Shown piece by piece: positions 10,646 to 20,582 of a stretch of 64,000 nt of DNA. The stretch comes from Nibricoccus sp. (lineage in GTDB: Bacteria > Verrucomicrobiota > Verrucomicrobiia > Opitutales > Opitutaceae). Numbering within the stretch: the stretch's first letter is position 1; each line of letters opens with the position of its first letter. The notes under the pieces are model-generated. The model ran no database searches. It had not been told where the DNA came from and saw only the letters and a list, made by a program, of their open reading frames with translations. The translations under genes were made by a program, and so were the position numbers. The stretch spans positions 1,056,001-1,120,000 of the forward strand of contig JASGHG010000001.1 of assembly GCA_047602425.1 (NCBI GenBank), given 5' to 3'.

Positions 10646-11350
10646 ATGAGTAACTTCGATCCAAATCCTCCTTCCGAAAACGATTGGGATGAGCGGGGAG
10701 ATCTCGCTTGGAATGAGTTCGACTGGGAGCAATACCTGCGCGAACAAGACGATGTCCTCCATCGTTATCTCGCGTTTTACGAACAACTTCGTGATAGCCC
10801 GGAGCGCATTGACGAAGTCGCCCATTTCATGCGGTGGGACGAAGGCGTTTGGACCACCGACACCGCCCAAAGCGAAACCGAAGACAACATTGGCGACGCG
10901 TCCGAGGAAGAAGAAGTGAACTTCGGAGCCGAACCTTACACTCTGCACAAAAGTCCGGTGTTCGTGGCGACCAAGGCGATCTACTTGAGCATCAAACGCG
11001 CTTGGGAACGCATCGCCATCGATCCGGCGAAAGTGCCCCAACCAATCGCCATCAACTTTCAAACTTCGCTTCACCGCGGCGAAGAACACGCGATGCTCGC
11101 CGTGCAAGCGCTCGACTTCGGCGACTACGCGATGGCCACCAGCCTGCTCAAGCGTGCCCTCGCCGAACTCAATCAAACACTGGCCCTGCTTGAAAGCGGC
11201 ATGCCGCACGCCTCTCGCGCGTTGAAAAATTTTCACGACGACACGCTTCCGCGACTTTTCGACCTGCGGGAAATCTGGTTGCGCGTCATGAACGAATGCC
11301 GCCAGGAGCTCCAACGTCCTATTGAGGGCGACGAAGCTGACGACAACTAA
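10646..11350 (+). CDS. acidic, helical hypothetical protein
   Basis: 234-aa ORF with typical codon usage and an acidic, Trp-rich N-terminus; no family recognised. Confidence 0.75.
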   Translation: MSNFDPNPPSENDWDERGDLAWNEFDWEQYLREQDDVLHRYLAFYEQLRDSPERIDEVAHFMRWDEGVWTTDTAQSETEDNIGDASEEEEVNFGAEPYTLHKSPVFVATKAIYLSIKRAWERIAIDPAKVPQPIAINFQTSLHRGEEHAMLAVQALDFGDYAMATSLLKRALAELNQTLALLESGMPHASRALKNFHDDTLPRLFDLREIWLRVMNECRQELQRPIEGDEADDN

Positions 11351-11622
11351 GAGAGGCCCCGAGCCTGACGGGCGGCGAGCGCGGCAAACGCGGAACTTTG
11401 CGCCTGCCTTCCGCAACGTCTACCATTCGCCACCGCTAAAGAGCAAACATCCTCGGCGGCGTGTTTATTTACCATTGATTTATCCTTAAATCCGAGGTTG
11501 CCATCGGTCGTTTTGGACCTAAGCACTCAACGCCCCGCCCCAATTCTACCCCGCTGCCTGAGTGGTTCTGCTTCTTAACGGAACCTTCACATCCGAGTCC
11601 TGACCATACCTTCACCCCCGCG

Positions 11623-13448
11623 ATGAACCTTCGTTTTTCCATTTTTTTCGTTGTTGGCCTTATCTTCGCCGCGTCCAGCCGCGCGGACGTTGCCGCCAGC
11701 ATTTCGGTCGATACTTCCGCTAACGTCGCGCCGCGATCAGCCCGTATATCTACGGCACCAATCAGGATCTTGCCGGGGTTTCGCCGACCGCCCGCCGCCA
11801 GGGCGGCAACCGCATGACAGGATACAATTGGGAGACCAATGCCTCCAATGCAGGCAACGACTACATTCATAGCAGCGACAACTTCCTGACGTGGGTTATG
11901 GGCATTACTGGTTCGGCGGAGCTGACGCCTGGGATTGTCGCTACGAAATTTCACGATCAGTCGCTCGCCTCCGGTACTCCCTTTACTTTGCTCACGCTGC
12001 CCATGGCCGGGTACGTCGCCGCCGACAAAAACGGCACGGTCACAACCGCCGAGGTCGCGCCGTCCGCACGATGGAAAGCCATCGTAAACAATAAACCCAC
12101 TGCCCTCTCACTCACTCCCAATACTGCGGACGGCAACGTCTATTCGGATGAATTTATCAATTTCCTCGTGAACAAGTATGGCAGCGCCTCCACCGCCACG
12201 GGCATCAAAGGCTACAACCTCGATAACGAACCTGATCTTTGGTCCAGTACGCATCCGCGCCTCCATCCGACTCAACCCACGTGCGTGGAGTTGGTCACGC
12301 GTACGGTGGACCTCGCAAAAACCGTGAAGCGCATCGACCCCGCAGCGGAGGTATTCGGCTTCGTGAGCTACGGATTTAGCGGTTACAATACGTTCCAAAG
12401 CGCAACCGATTGGCCTACGGAAAAAGCCAGGAATTCCAGTTATGCGTGGTTCATCGATTATTTCCTCGATCAGATGAAAACCGCTTCCACGACTGCCGGC
12501 GTGCGCCTGCTCGACGTACTCGATGTTCACAATTACAGCGAAGCTCAAGGTGGCGGCATCCGCGTGAACGATCCGGTTTCCTGGGAAAATGTCGATTGCA
12601 ACAAAGCTCGCATCCAGGCTCCGCGCTCGCTTTGGGATTCGACTTACATCGAGAACAGCTGGATCGGCCAGTGGTTTCCCACTTTCCTGCCTTTCCTTCC
12701 AAAAATCCAATCCTCCATCAACAACTTCTATCCAGGGACAAAATTAGCGATCACCGAGTACAACTTCGGTGGCGAGGGCCATATTTCCGGCGGGCTGGCC
12801 CAAGCGGATACACTCGGCATCTTCGGCCAGCAAGGGGTTTACCTTGGCGCGCTGTGGCAATTGCACAACGAGGTTTCCTATGTCGCCGCCGCCTTCAATC
12901 TCTACCGCAATTACAATGGTGCGGGCGGAAAATTTGGCGCGACAAAAGTTAACGCGACCACCACCGACAATGCCAATTGCTCCGTTTACGCCTCCATCGA
13001 GGATTCCTCCGCCTCCACGCTGCATTTGGTCGTGCTGAACAAAAACTACGATGAAGCGGGCAATTTCACCCTGCAAATCTCTGGTGGCAAGAACTACACC
13101 GGCGCGCGTGTGTATGCCTTCGACTCGACCAGTGCAAACATCACCGAACGCGCCGCCATCTCCAATATCGTCAACAACCAGTTTACCCTGGCGCTGCCCC
13201 GCCTCACCGCGGCTCATCTCGTCCTGCAGTCGGGCGGCTCCTCGTCATCGTCGAGTTCGAGTTCATCGAGCAGTTCAAGCTCCTCAAGCAGTTCGAGTTC
13301 GTCCTCAAGCAGCTCCTCGGGCGCCAGCAATCCTCCACCTTCGGGCGGTGGTGGTGGCGGCGGAGTTCCCGGGCTGGCCTACTTCTCGGCAATCGCTCTT
13401 TTGACCTTGCTGAGAAAAATCGCGCCGGTGTTCTCCCGTCGCGCCTGA
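11623..13448 (+). pseudogene. glycoside hydrolase family 44 (endoglucanase/xyloglucanase), frameshifted near 11724-11736; poly-Ser linker and Gly-rich C-terminal anchor
   Basis: Signal peptide in one frame (MNLRFSIFF...VDTSAN). The GH44 body (AISPYIYGTNQ...RRQGGNRMTGYNWETNASNAG, LDNEPDLWSSTH, AITEY) is in another frame that has TAA at 11721. May be an assembly indel. Confidence 0.85.
13239..13319 (+). repeat. poly-serine linker (about 27 Ser, mixed codons)
   Basis: Run of tcN/agY codons after the GH44 domain. Confidence 0.9.
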
Positions 13449-13461
13449 GCACAACCACATC

Positions 13462-16400
13462 TTAGGTTCCCGTAACCGGGACGCCGACATCGTTCACGAT
13501 ATCGGTCCAGGCGAGTTCCACTCCAGCCAAAGCGGTTTGCACTTCCGCCCAGTCCTCGTCCTTCGCAGCCGTTTCGAGCGCCGCGGCGGCGGTCCGCAAC
13601 GGCTTTGCCCCGAGGTTTGCAGCGCTGCCGACAATGACGTGCGCCAATGCGGAGAGTGGAGCCGCTTCACGCAGCGTCGTGTGATGGGAAAGCTGCTGCA
13701 TGCGCGCGGGCATTTCCTTCATGAAAATCCCGAGTGCCTTGTCCCAGGCCGAACCTCCTGCGCTCGATTTCATCTTCACGAGTTGTTCCCGCCGGGCTGC
13801 ATCGAAGAAGGATTTTTTCGGGTTGGCGGTTTCTACCAGTTTTGGGAGGGCGCCTAGGACATCGTTTGTCGCCGGTATAGTTCGGACCGCGGTCTTTGTC
13901 TTCATGCCTTGCAATAATCCGCAGCGAGAGAGTGCGGCGGTCAGCATCTCGCTCTCGAAGGGTTTTGAAATGTAATCGTCCATTCCCGCATCAATGGCCC
14001 TCAAGCGATCGCCAGGCATCGCATAGGCGGTGAGGGCAATGACTGGAATGCGCGGATTTATACCGGGAATGCGTCCGCTGCGAATGAGGCGAGTGGCTTC
14101 ATAACCATCCAAAACCGGCATTTGGCAATCCATCAAGACTGCGTCGTAGCGGGAGTCGCGGAGCATATCGACCGCCTCCTGGCCATTGCTGGCGATCGCA
14201 ACCGTGTGCCCGAGTTGTTCGATCATCATCTGGGCCACGATTTGATTAGTAGTGTTATCCTCGGCCATGAGGAAGCTGAGCCCGCGTCCGCCGAGCGAGG
14301 GGCGTTTGACAAAAGGCGATGCGGTGTCTCGCGCGCCGTGGATGCGCAAAAGGCTTCGATGCAAAAGCACCTCTCTCACCGGTTTTGTGAGCACGGCTTG
14401 GAAATGCGTGCCATCCATCACACGCGCAGGGTTGTCGGCGGCCGAGGCCAGCACGAGGATTTGAACACCCGAAAACAATGGATCCTGCCGCAAATCGCGG
14501 GCCAGCCGCAGTGCACCTTCATTAGGGAGATTCCAGTCCAGCAACAAAACGGTGTAGGGTTTGGCCAGTTCAACTCCACGTTGCAGGGCTACAAGCGCTT
14601 CGCTCGCACCCGGCGCGGTTTCGACTTCGCAACCAAAGGAAACCAATTGGCGGTTTAGGATAGTTTCGCTCAGCTCATGATCGTCGACCACGAGGACGCG
14701 CGTTCCCGGCGGCAGCAGGGGCAAAGCCTCGCCCGACGGCAGCTCGACATGCGAAAGACTGAGCGTAAACCAAAAATGCGAACCGGACCCTTCGAGGCTT
14801 TCAAAACCGATGCTGCCGCCCATGAGGTTGATCAACTGCCCGGAAATGGCCAGTCCGAGTCCGGTGCCGCCGAATTTCCGGGTCGTGCTGCCGTCGGCCT
14901 GCACAAAGGGTTGAAAAAGGAGCGGCTTGACCGTCTCCGGAATTCCCGTGCCTGTATCCTCAACTTCGATACGGAACTTTATTTTTTCACCCGGCGGCTC
15001 GACCGGCTGGGCGGTGATACGGACTTCGCCGTGTTCGGTGAATTTGATGCTGTTGCCCAGGAGGTTGGTGAGCACCTGTTGCAACCGGCCGCGGTCGCCC
15101 GTCACGCCCGTGGCCAGCGCGGGCGAGATATCGCAGACGAGATCGAGATTTTTTCTGCTCGCCTGCGGCGCAAGCAAGGCGACGGTTTCCTCTATCGCGT
15201 CGCGCAAGTTGAAATCGGTTGAATCGATGCGGAACTTGCCCGCCTCGATTTTGGAAAAGTCGAGAATGTCGTTGATAATGCTCAGGAGACTGCGGGCGCT
15301 GTAGGCGATTACCTCGGCCATCTCGCGTTGTTTGCCCTCCAGCGGAGATTGCATGAGCATGCCCGCCATGCCGATCACGCCATTCATCGGCGTGCGGATT
15401 TCGTGACTCATCGTCGCAAGAAATTCCGATTTCAAGCGAGACGCGGCAAGCGCCTCGTCGCGCGCGCGAGCGAGGCTTTCCTCGAGGTGCTTGCGGGCCG
15501 TGATGTCGGCGCGTATCGCCACATACTGAGTCGGTTTTCCATCCGGCCCGAAGAATGGCACGATGGTGGACTCTTCCCAATAGAGATCGCCATTTTTAGC
15601 TCTGTTGCAAAGTTCCCCCTGCCAAACGGCGCCGCGCCCGATCGTCTCGTACATCTCGCGATAGAAAGTTTCGGAGTGCACGCCGGATTTCAAGATCCGG
15701 TGGGTTTTTCCGAGAAGCTCGTCGCGCGTGTAGCCGCTGATCGCGCAAAATTTATCGTTAACGTAGGTCATTTTTCCCTCGACGTCGGTGACGGCGACGA
15801 TGGCGTGCTGATCGAGCGCGAACTTCTGCCGGGCCAGTTCGTCGACCACGCGCTGAATGCGGGCGTCGGCCTCCTTGCGTGTGGTGAGATCGTGACCGAT
15901 TCCCATATAACCGGTGATCTCGCCTTGTTCATCGCGCAGCGTGGTCACCGATAGCAATACGGGAAACCGCGTGCCATTTTTGCGGATATAAGTCCACTCG
16001 CGTTCGTCGATGCCGACGAGCTTCGCCTTGGCGACGAAAACCTCGAAGCCCGGCTCGACGATCCGCCCCAACTCGCGCGTCAACACTTCCGCCCGACCCA
16101 CGATTTCCGAATGGTCATGAATAATTTCCGGTGTCTGGTTCCCCACCATCTCTTCAGCCCGATACCCCAATAACCGCTCAGCGGCGGCATTAAATGTCAC
16201 GATCACACCTTCGCGGCTCGTCGAGATGATGGTGTAGTTGGTGCTGTCGAGAATTGCTCTTTGCAATTGGTTCGTTCCTCGGAGCGAATTTAAAACGCGG
16301 AGGCGCTCGCCGACCTCGCGTTGTAACAGTCCGTTGGTTGCTTCCAGCTCGGCCGTGCGTTCCCGCACCATCGCTTTGGCGGTTTGGCCTGTGGATTGAA

Positions 16401-18285
16401 GGCTCATGACCAGAAGGGCCAACAACAGGGAAACGAAGGCGGCGCTCACTCCAGCCCAGGCTGCCGCGGAGCGATCGGCGGCCTTGAAACTGACCGCCCG
16501 GTTCCAAGCCAGCGTGAAAATTTGCCCGCCCAATTCGATTTCCGTCGTGGATTCGACTGCCACTGTCGCCACGCTCGCATCCGCGGTATCGAAAAGCAGG
16601 TCGCGAGTTTCAATCGATCGTCCTTCAAAGACGCGCATGCGCAATTCCGGGGCATGACGCCCAAGAACATCCCGCAACATCAGTTCCATGATGATCGGTG
16701 TGTACACCCAGCCCAGGCAGGTGCTACGCCGATCCTCCACCGTATCCAAAACCATTCCTCTGCGATAAAAAGGAGCAAACATCAGGGCGCCGGCGCGCGC
16801 ACGGTCGTCTTGGATCAACTTGATCCGGCGGGTGAGCGAAGGCAGCCCCGTGTCACGCGCTGTGTCGGCCGCCGCTTTACGAATCTCTTCGCTGGCAACA
16901 TCCAACCCGATCGCCTGCGCGTTCACTTCAAAAGGTTCGCAGTAGGTTATGATATACGCCGCTCCGGTGTCAGACGCCGTCTTTGCCGGCGAAGTATCAG
17001 GCACGGTCTTGACTTTGAAATCAGGATTTTTTTGCCGGATTCGACTAACAAAGTTTTCCAGTTGGCCAGGGGGAACCAATGTCACTAGCCCAATACCCAG
17101 CACCCCCGGATAGCGCTCCGCCAGCCGGAAATCTTGTGAGATCGAAGCCCATTCACGACGTTCCACGGTCTCCGAGGCACCGATCAACGCCACTCCGGCC
17201 CGCAATGCGTCCTGATAGCTACTGGCTTGGGCCGCAACTCTATCGGTCGCATCCGCGACCAATTCCTTGAAGTGAGCGCGGTCAATTCGCTCGGCGGCGC
17301 CTACAAGGGACGAGAACATCCATCCGCTCAACGTCCAGCCAACCAACATCACAGTCACCGGCATCCATAAGCTGCCCCGTTTCAGAAACTGCGGCAAAAC
17401 CAGCGCCATCAAAAGCACCACCGCCATGAAAAATTGCAGCCGGAGCAAATCGCTGTTCTGACCGGCGCCGACAAAGGGGCCAAGCCCGTGCATGACGGTT
17501 ACGACGCCCGCCAGCGAGACCACCAGGGCCGTCGCCAGCGAACCCGCCGGACCGAACCACACGGTCGCAAGCAAAAGCAGCGGAAACACCGCGAACAAAA
17601 ATCCGACGCCCCCTTTTCCGGAAAACGACAACCAGCAAACACCCGCAGTAGCAGCGGCCAGAGCCAGCATCTGGGGGTAAGCCAGCGGAGCTGAATGCGA
17701 TTTCGAGCGCCATTCCTGATGCACCGCAAAAATCAGCGGCGCCAGTCCAAGAGCGCCCAATGCATCCCCCACCCACCAGGTGACACCCAACGTCCACGCG
17801 TCCTGGCCAACGAGTTCGCCCGCCAAAACCAATGCACCCACACCAACTCCGGCGCTCACGATCGGCGCAACTAACGCCGCCGTAACAAACGACACCGGAC
17901 AGGGCCCGTTTCTGGACCGGCCGCAAGTTCGCTGCAGCCCAAGCACCAGAACCGCGCCCATCACCGCCTCAAGGGTATTGCCAGCCGCGATCGACAAAGC
18001 GGCCTGCCAGGAAACCGCGGTAAAGTAGTTGGCCACAAAAGCGCCGATCAGAATCCCCAGCCAAAAAGAACGCCCCGCAACCAGCAGAATCCCAATCGCC
18101 ACCCCCGTCGCCGGCCACACGGGGGATACATTATTATGCAAACTCGCCAGCAATAAACCGAGACGCGCGGCAATCCCATACAGCACCGCTACAATCAGAT
18201 ACGCAAAAGCTGTCGTCAGGTAGGAACGCCGGACTGACTGGTGTGGAAGCTGGAGTTTTTCTCCAGAGGAGCCGGAAGCAGGCAT
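13462..18285 (-). CDS. hybrid sensor histidine kinase (MASE1-CHASE-PAS-PAS-HisKA-HATPase-REC-REC-Hpt)
   Basis: VSPVWPATG and WWVGDALG (MASE1), AIGLDVASE (CHASE), two PAS/PAC units, FLATMSHEIRTPMNG, GGTGLGL, LMDCQMP, C-terminal AHVIVGSAANLGA. Confidence 0.93.
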   Translation of the reverse strand: MPASGSSGEKLQLPHQSVRRSYLTTAFAYLIVAVLYGIAARLGLLLASLHNNVSPVWPATGVAIGILLVAGRSFWLGILIGAFVANYFTAVSWQAALSIAAGNTLEAVMGAVLVLGLQRTCGRSRNGPCPVSFVTAALVAPIVSAGVGVGALVLAGELVGQDAWTLGVTWWVGDALGALGLAPLIFAVHQEWRSKSHSAPLAYPQMLALAAATAGVCWLSFSGKGGVGFLFAVFPLLLLATVWFGPAGSLATALVVSLAGVVTVMHGLGPFVGAGQNSDLLRLQFFMAVVLLMALVLPQFLKRGSLWMPVTVMLVGWTLSGWMFSSLVGAAERIDRAHFKELVADATDRVAAQASSYQDALRAGVALIGASETVERREWASISQDFRLAERYPGVLGIGLVTLVPPGQLENFVSRIRQKNPDFKVKTVPDTSPAKTASDTGAAYIITYCEPFEVNAQAIGLDVASEEIRKAAADTARDTGLPSLTRRIKLIQDDRARAGALMFAPFYRRGMVLDTVEDRRSTCLGWVYTPIIMELMLRDVLGRHAPELRMRVFEGRSIETRDLLFDTADASVATVAVESTTEIELGGQIFTLAWNRAVSFKAADRSAAAWAGVSAAFVSLLLALLVMSLQSTGQTAKAMVRERTAELEATNGLLQREVGERLRVLNSLRGTNQLQRAILDSTNYTIISTSREGVIVTFNAAAERLLGYRAEEMVGNQTPEIIHDHSEIVGRAEVLTRELGRIVEPGFEVFVAKAKLVGIDEREWTYIRKNGTRFPVLLSVTTLRDEQGEITGYMGIGHDLTTRKEADARIQRVVDELARQKFALDQHAIVAVTDVEGKMTYVNDKFCAISGYTRDELLGKTHRILKSGVHSETFYREMYETIGRGAVWQGELCNRAKNGDLYWEESTIVPFFGPDGKPTQYVAIRADITARKHLEESLARARDEALAASRLKSEFLATMSHEIRTPMNGVIGMAGMLMQSPLEGKQREMAEVIAYSARSLLSIINDILDFSKIEAGKFRIDSTDFNLRDAIEETVALLAPQASRKNLDLVCDISPALATGVTGDRGRLQQVLTNLLGNSIKFTEHGEVRITAQPVEPPGEKIKFRIEVEDTGTGIPETVKPLLFQPFVQADGSTTRKFGGTGLGLAISGQLINLMGGSIGFESLEGSGSHFWFTLSLSHVELPSGEALPLLPPGTRVLVVDDHELSETILNRQLVSFGCEVETAPGASEALVALQRGVELAKPYTVLLLDWNLPNEGALRLARDLRQDPLFSGVQILVLASAADNPARVMDGTHFQAVLTKPVREVLLHRSLLRIHGARDTASPFVKRPSLGGRGLSFLMAEDNTTNQIVAQMMIEQLGHTVAIASNGQEAVDMLRDSRYDAVLMDCQMPVLDGYEATRLIRSGRIPGINPRIPVIALTAYAMPGDRLRAIDAGMDDYISKPFESEMLTAALSRCGLLQGMKTKTAVRTIPATNDVLGALPKLVETANPKKSFFDAARREQLVKMKSSAGGSAWDKALGIFMKEMPARMQQLSHHTTLREAAPLSALAHVIVGSAANLGAKPLRTAAAALETAAKDEDWAEVQTALAGVELAWTDIVNDVGVPVTGT

Positions 18286-18496
18286 TAATTGAGGCGATCA
18301 GCAGCCGTTATCGGCACAACTAGCTGTTTTCTAAGTATGATCAGCTCTCTTCCTCATTCAGATCTTTGCGCAAATTGGTTAAGAAAACGCCCTCGTTGGC
18401 CGCGTCCCACGCCAGCCCTGCTCCATTCCTAAAAATTCGCCGAGAAAAGTCCTTGCGCTGCACGCAACCGCGAGCTTGCTTTGCAACCCCTGCTCC

Positions 18497-18588
18497 GGAG
18501 AGATGGCTGAGTGGTCGAAAGCGGCGCTTTGCTAAAGCGTTGTAGGTGTAAAAACCTACCGGGGGTTCGAATCCCCCTCTCTCCGCCA
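18497..18588 (+). tRNA. tRNA-Ser(GCT)
   Basis: ggagagatggctgagtggtcgaaagc...; anticodon arm gcgct-tt-GCT-aa-agcgt, long variable arm, ggttcgaatcc, encoded CCA. Confidence 0.97.
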
Positions 18589-18712
18589 GCCTTCGCTCGA
18601 TGAGCTCCGGCTGGCGCGGCCAGCTTCTTACGCAGCAAACAAGGCTGGCAGTTTAAGCAACGCCGCGAAGGTTGGCCTCCGAAACGCCTGAGAAGAAGAT
18701 ACGCCCTCGCGC

Positions 18713-19174
18713 TCAGGTCTTGATCTCGGCCACGACTTGGATCTCCACGGTCGATTCCTTCGGCAAACCGGCCACGGCCACCGCAGCCCGCGCGTGTTTT
18801 CCCGCGTCACCAAATACCGCCACAAAAAGGTCGCTCGCGCCGTTGATCACCGCCGGGCTGTCCGCGAAGCCGCTCACCGCGTTTACATAACCACCGACAA
18901 ACACCAGCCGTTCGACGCGGTCGAGCGATCCCAGCGCCGCCTTGATGTTCGCCAGCGTATTCAGCGCACACACTTTCGCCGATTCGTATCCCGATTGCAC
19001 CGTCTGCTCCTTGCCCACCTGACCTGCATGAGTGATGCGCCCATCGAGTGCGCTGATTGTTCCCGCACAGTAGAGCAGGTTTCCCGTGCGGACGGTCGGC
19101 AAATAGTTACCAGCGGTAACAGGCGCTGCGGGCAGTTTTAAACCAAGTTCGGCGAGACGAGCTTCAGGATTCAT
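18713..19174 (-). CDS. RidA/YjgF family protein
   Basis: MNPEARLAELGLKLP, GNYLP, VINGASDLFVAVFGDAGKHARAAV. Start set to the ATG at 19174. Confidence 0.9.
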   Translation of the reverse strand: MNPEARLAELGLKLPAAPVTAGNYLPTVRTGNLLYCAGTISALDGRITHAGQVGKEQTVQSGYESAKVCALNTLANIKAALGSLDRVERLVFVGGYVNAVSGFADSPAVINGASDLFVAVFGDAGKHARAAVAVAGLPKESTVEIQVVAEIKT

Positions 19175-19295
19175 ATTGGCTGCGAAAATATTCCCCAACC
19201 ATCGGGTCGCAACCCAAGGCTCAAAAAAATTTCCCGGTAAAACCATCAACAGCAGGGTTGCGGTTTAAACATCAACTCACAGCATAACCAGCGAC

Positions 19296-20582
19296 ATGCC
19301 CAAGTCCTCCGCCGCAGTCAGTCTGACCGAATGGCAGAACTTCAGTGCCAAAGATCCGTCGGGAGCTGCCCGCGAGCTCACCCGACGAATCCAATCCCAG
19401 CTGTCCGAGACGCAGCAACGCGCGGTCTTCGCCTGGATACAAACCGAACGTGAACTCACCGCCACGTTCGAACGCTTCGCAGGTACGCTCGCTCCGTTTG
19501 CCGGTGTGCCCTACGCGCTCAAGGATCTTTATCAAGTCTCCAATCTCAACATTCGCGCCGGCTCCGTTTTCCCCCCGGGAATCCTCCCCAAAAAAGATCG
19601 CGACGGCAAATTTCCCCACGTCCTCCGCGGTCTCGGCGCCGTGCTTGCGGTCAAGACGCACATGCATGAATTCGCCGCCGGCCTGACCGGGGAAAACCCG
19701 CATTACGGCGATTGCGAACACCCGCATTTTCCCGACCGCACCTCCGGCGGGTCCAGCAGCGGTTCCGCCGCCGTTGTGGCGGCGGGAATATTCCCTCTTG
19801 CCGCCGGTTCGGACACCGCCGGATCGATCCGCGTGCCCGCGGCGTTCTGTGGAATTTTTGGCCTTCGCACCACCCCCGGGCACCCGTGGATTGAGGACGC
19901 ATTGCCCCTTGCTCCGAGCTTCGATGCCGCGGGTTGGTTTACAGGCAATGCCCAGGATATGCTCATCACGCATCGCTTTTTGCTCGGCGTCGCCAAATCC
20001 GACAAGGAACCCCGCGGCTGCTTCCTCGACTTCGAGGCGCTGGGCATTCCCGCCGATCCCGAGGTTGCCAAGGCCGTTCGCACCGCCGCCGCCAGCTACG
20101 CGCAGCCGGCGGACAAAGCACTCGCGGAACAACTTCGCCAGGGTTTTTCCCGCGCGACCGAAACCTATTTAACCATCCAAAGCACCGAAGCCGCCAGGGT
20201 GCACGCCGTCTGGCTCGATCCGCACAAGGAACTGTACAGCCCGGCCGTCTGGAATCGCATCGATCGCGGGCGCCACGTCGCTCCCGATCTACTCACCACC
20301 GCCAACAACGAACTTGCCGCCATTCGCGAACTTTGGAACGGCTATTTCCTCCAGCACGATTTTTTGATTCTGCCCGCCACACCGTTTCCCGCGCTGCGGA
20401 AAGAGGAGTGCACGCAGGCTAATCGCGAACGCCTGCTCGCGCTCAACACGCCGGCCAGTCTCGGCGGCCTGCCCGTGCTCTCGATTCCCGTCGCCCTCCC
20501 CTCGGGATTAACGACCGGCCTTCAGATCATCGTCAATTCCGTCCAAAGTCCGGTTATTCCGTGGGTGCTGAAGCGCCCTTGA
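19296..20582 (+). CDS. amidase-signature family enzyme
   Basis: YALKD, GGSSSGSAA, GSDTAGSIRVPA (Ser-cisSer-Lys triad motifs). Confidence 0.9.
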   Translation: MPKSSAAVSLTEWQNFSAKDPSGAARELTRRIQSQLSETQQRAVFAWIQTERELTATFERFAGTLAPFAGVPYALKDLYQVSNLNIRAGSVFPPGILPKKDRDGKFPHVLRGLGAVLAVKTHMHEFAAGLTGENPHYGDCEHPHFPDRTSGGSSSGSAAVVAAGIFPLAAGSDTAGSIRVPAAFCGIFGLRTTPGHPWIEDALPLAPSFDAAGWFTGNAQDMLITHRFLLGVAKSDKEPRGCFLDFEALGIPADPEVAKAVRTAAASYAQPADKALAEQLRQGFSRATETYLTIQSTEAARVHAVWLDPHKELYSPAVWNRIDRGRHVAPDLLTTANNELAAIRELWNGYFLQHDFLILPATPFPALRKEECTQANRERLLALNTPASLGGLPVLSIPVALPSGLTTGLQIIVNSVQSPVIPWVLKRP

